From Adineta vaga (taxonomy: Eukaryota > Animalia > Rotifera): 64,000 bases of DNA. Both the position numbers and the translations under genes were made by a program. Of the stretch, positions 63,620 through 64,000 are shown piece by piece. How positions within the stretch are numbered: the stretch's first letter is position 1; each line of letters opens with the position of its first letter. The stretch spans positions 12,586,001 through 12,650,000 of the forward strand of contig CP075493.1 in the NCBI GenBank assembly GCA_021613535.1, read 5' to 3'. Under the pieces are notes generated by a model that was given only the letters and a program-made list of their open reading frames with translations, was not told the origin of the DNA and searched no databases.

Positions 63620-63748
63620 TTTGAGGGTGTGGGTGTGAAGTGCAATGCTGCCACCTCTTTTGCTTTTTGAGTGTGTAGGTGAGAGTGTGAGTCTTATTCG
63701 TTAATATATACCTACCCTCACCCATATTGCCATACCCACACCCTCAAA
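63620..63748. repeat. Short palindromic element with telomere-like arms
   Basis: Exact 15-bp inverted repeat TTTGAGGGTGTGGGT ... ACCCACACCCTCAAA; related hairpins at 48745-48791, 54357-54392 and 61298-61366. Confidence 0.7.
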
Positions 63749-64000
63749 AAAAGAATACACAAATATATAAGTAGAAAACGTAATAATAAGAGATAGACAT
63801 CAGATTTGTCTCAAGTTAAAATAATCTTGTTTATTTATTTTGAAAAATACGTTTCAAAAAGAAAGAAAATCCTAATGATGTAAGTTGATACTTGGTCTCC
63901 ATCTTCCCATACTTAACTAACGTTTGCCTCATACGAATTGGGTTGTTCACTTAAACTTTACGTACGATAGCTTGTTCGATTGCTCCCATTTCTTTTTCGT

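Noticed and set aside
1-64000. Bacterial contamination as the source of the microbial-type genes
   Set aside because: AtuA, GH43, GH3 and the lysozyme-like gene contain spliceosomal introns, share host AT-rich codon usage and are interleaved with typical animal genes

Overview
AT-rich eukaryotic DNA with many compact 49-65 nt GT-AG introns. The gene families (ART-TPR, ankyrin-ART, caspase-like fusions, LDLa/EGF-7TM receptor, many bacterial/fungal-type enzymes) strongly suggest a bdelloid rotifer; this is inference. About 25 genes or pseudogenes are supportable. Most notable: (1) a tight three-gene block of a GH3-family acyl-amido synthetase, an ABCB/P-glycoprotein exporter and, head-to-head with it, an intronless Dit1/PvcA-like isocyanide synthase. 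This is a candidate small-molecule biosynthesis/export cluster in an animal, and this GH3 copy carries an in-frame TAA. (2) Two separately called ORFs that splice into one secreted NHL-propeller plus bacterial-type lysozyme-like fusion. (3) Three different ADP-ribosyltransferase architectures. (4) A perfect hAT-type MITE with an 8-bp TSD and a foldback MITE in a 4.9-kb receptor intron. (5) Several short hairpins with telomere-like TGTGGG/TGAGGG arms. Family assignments come from motif recognition by eye; no searches were run.
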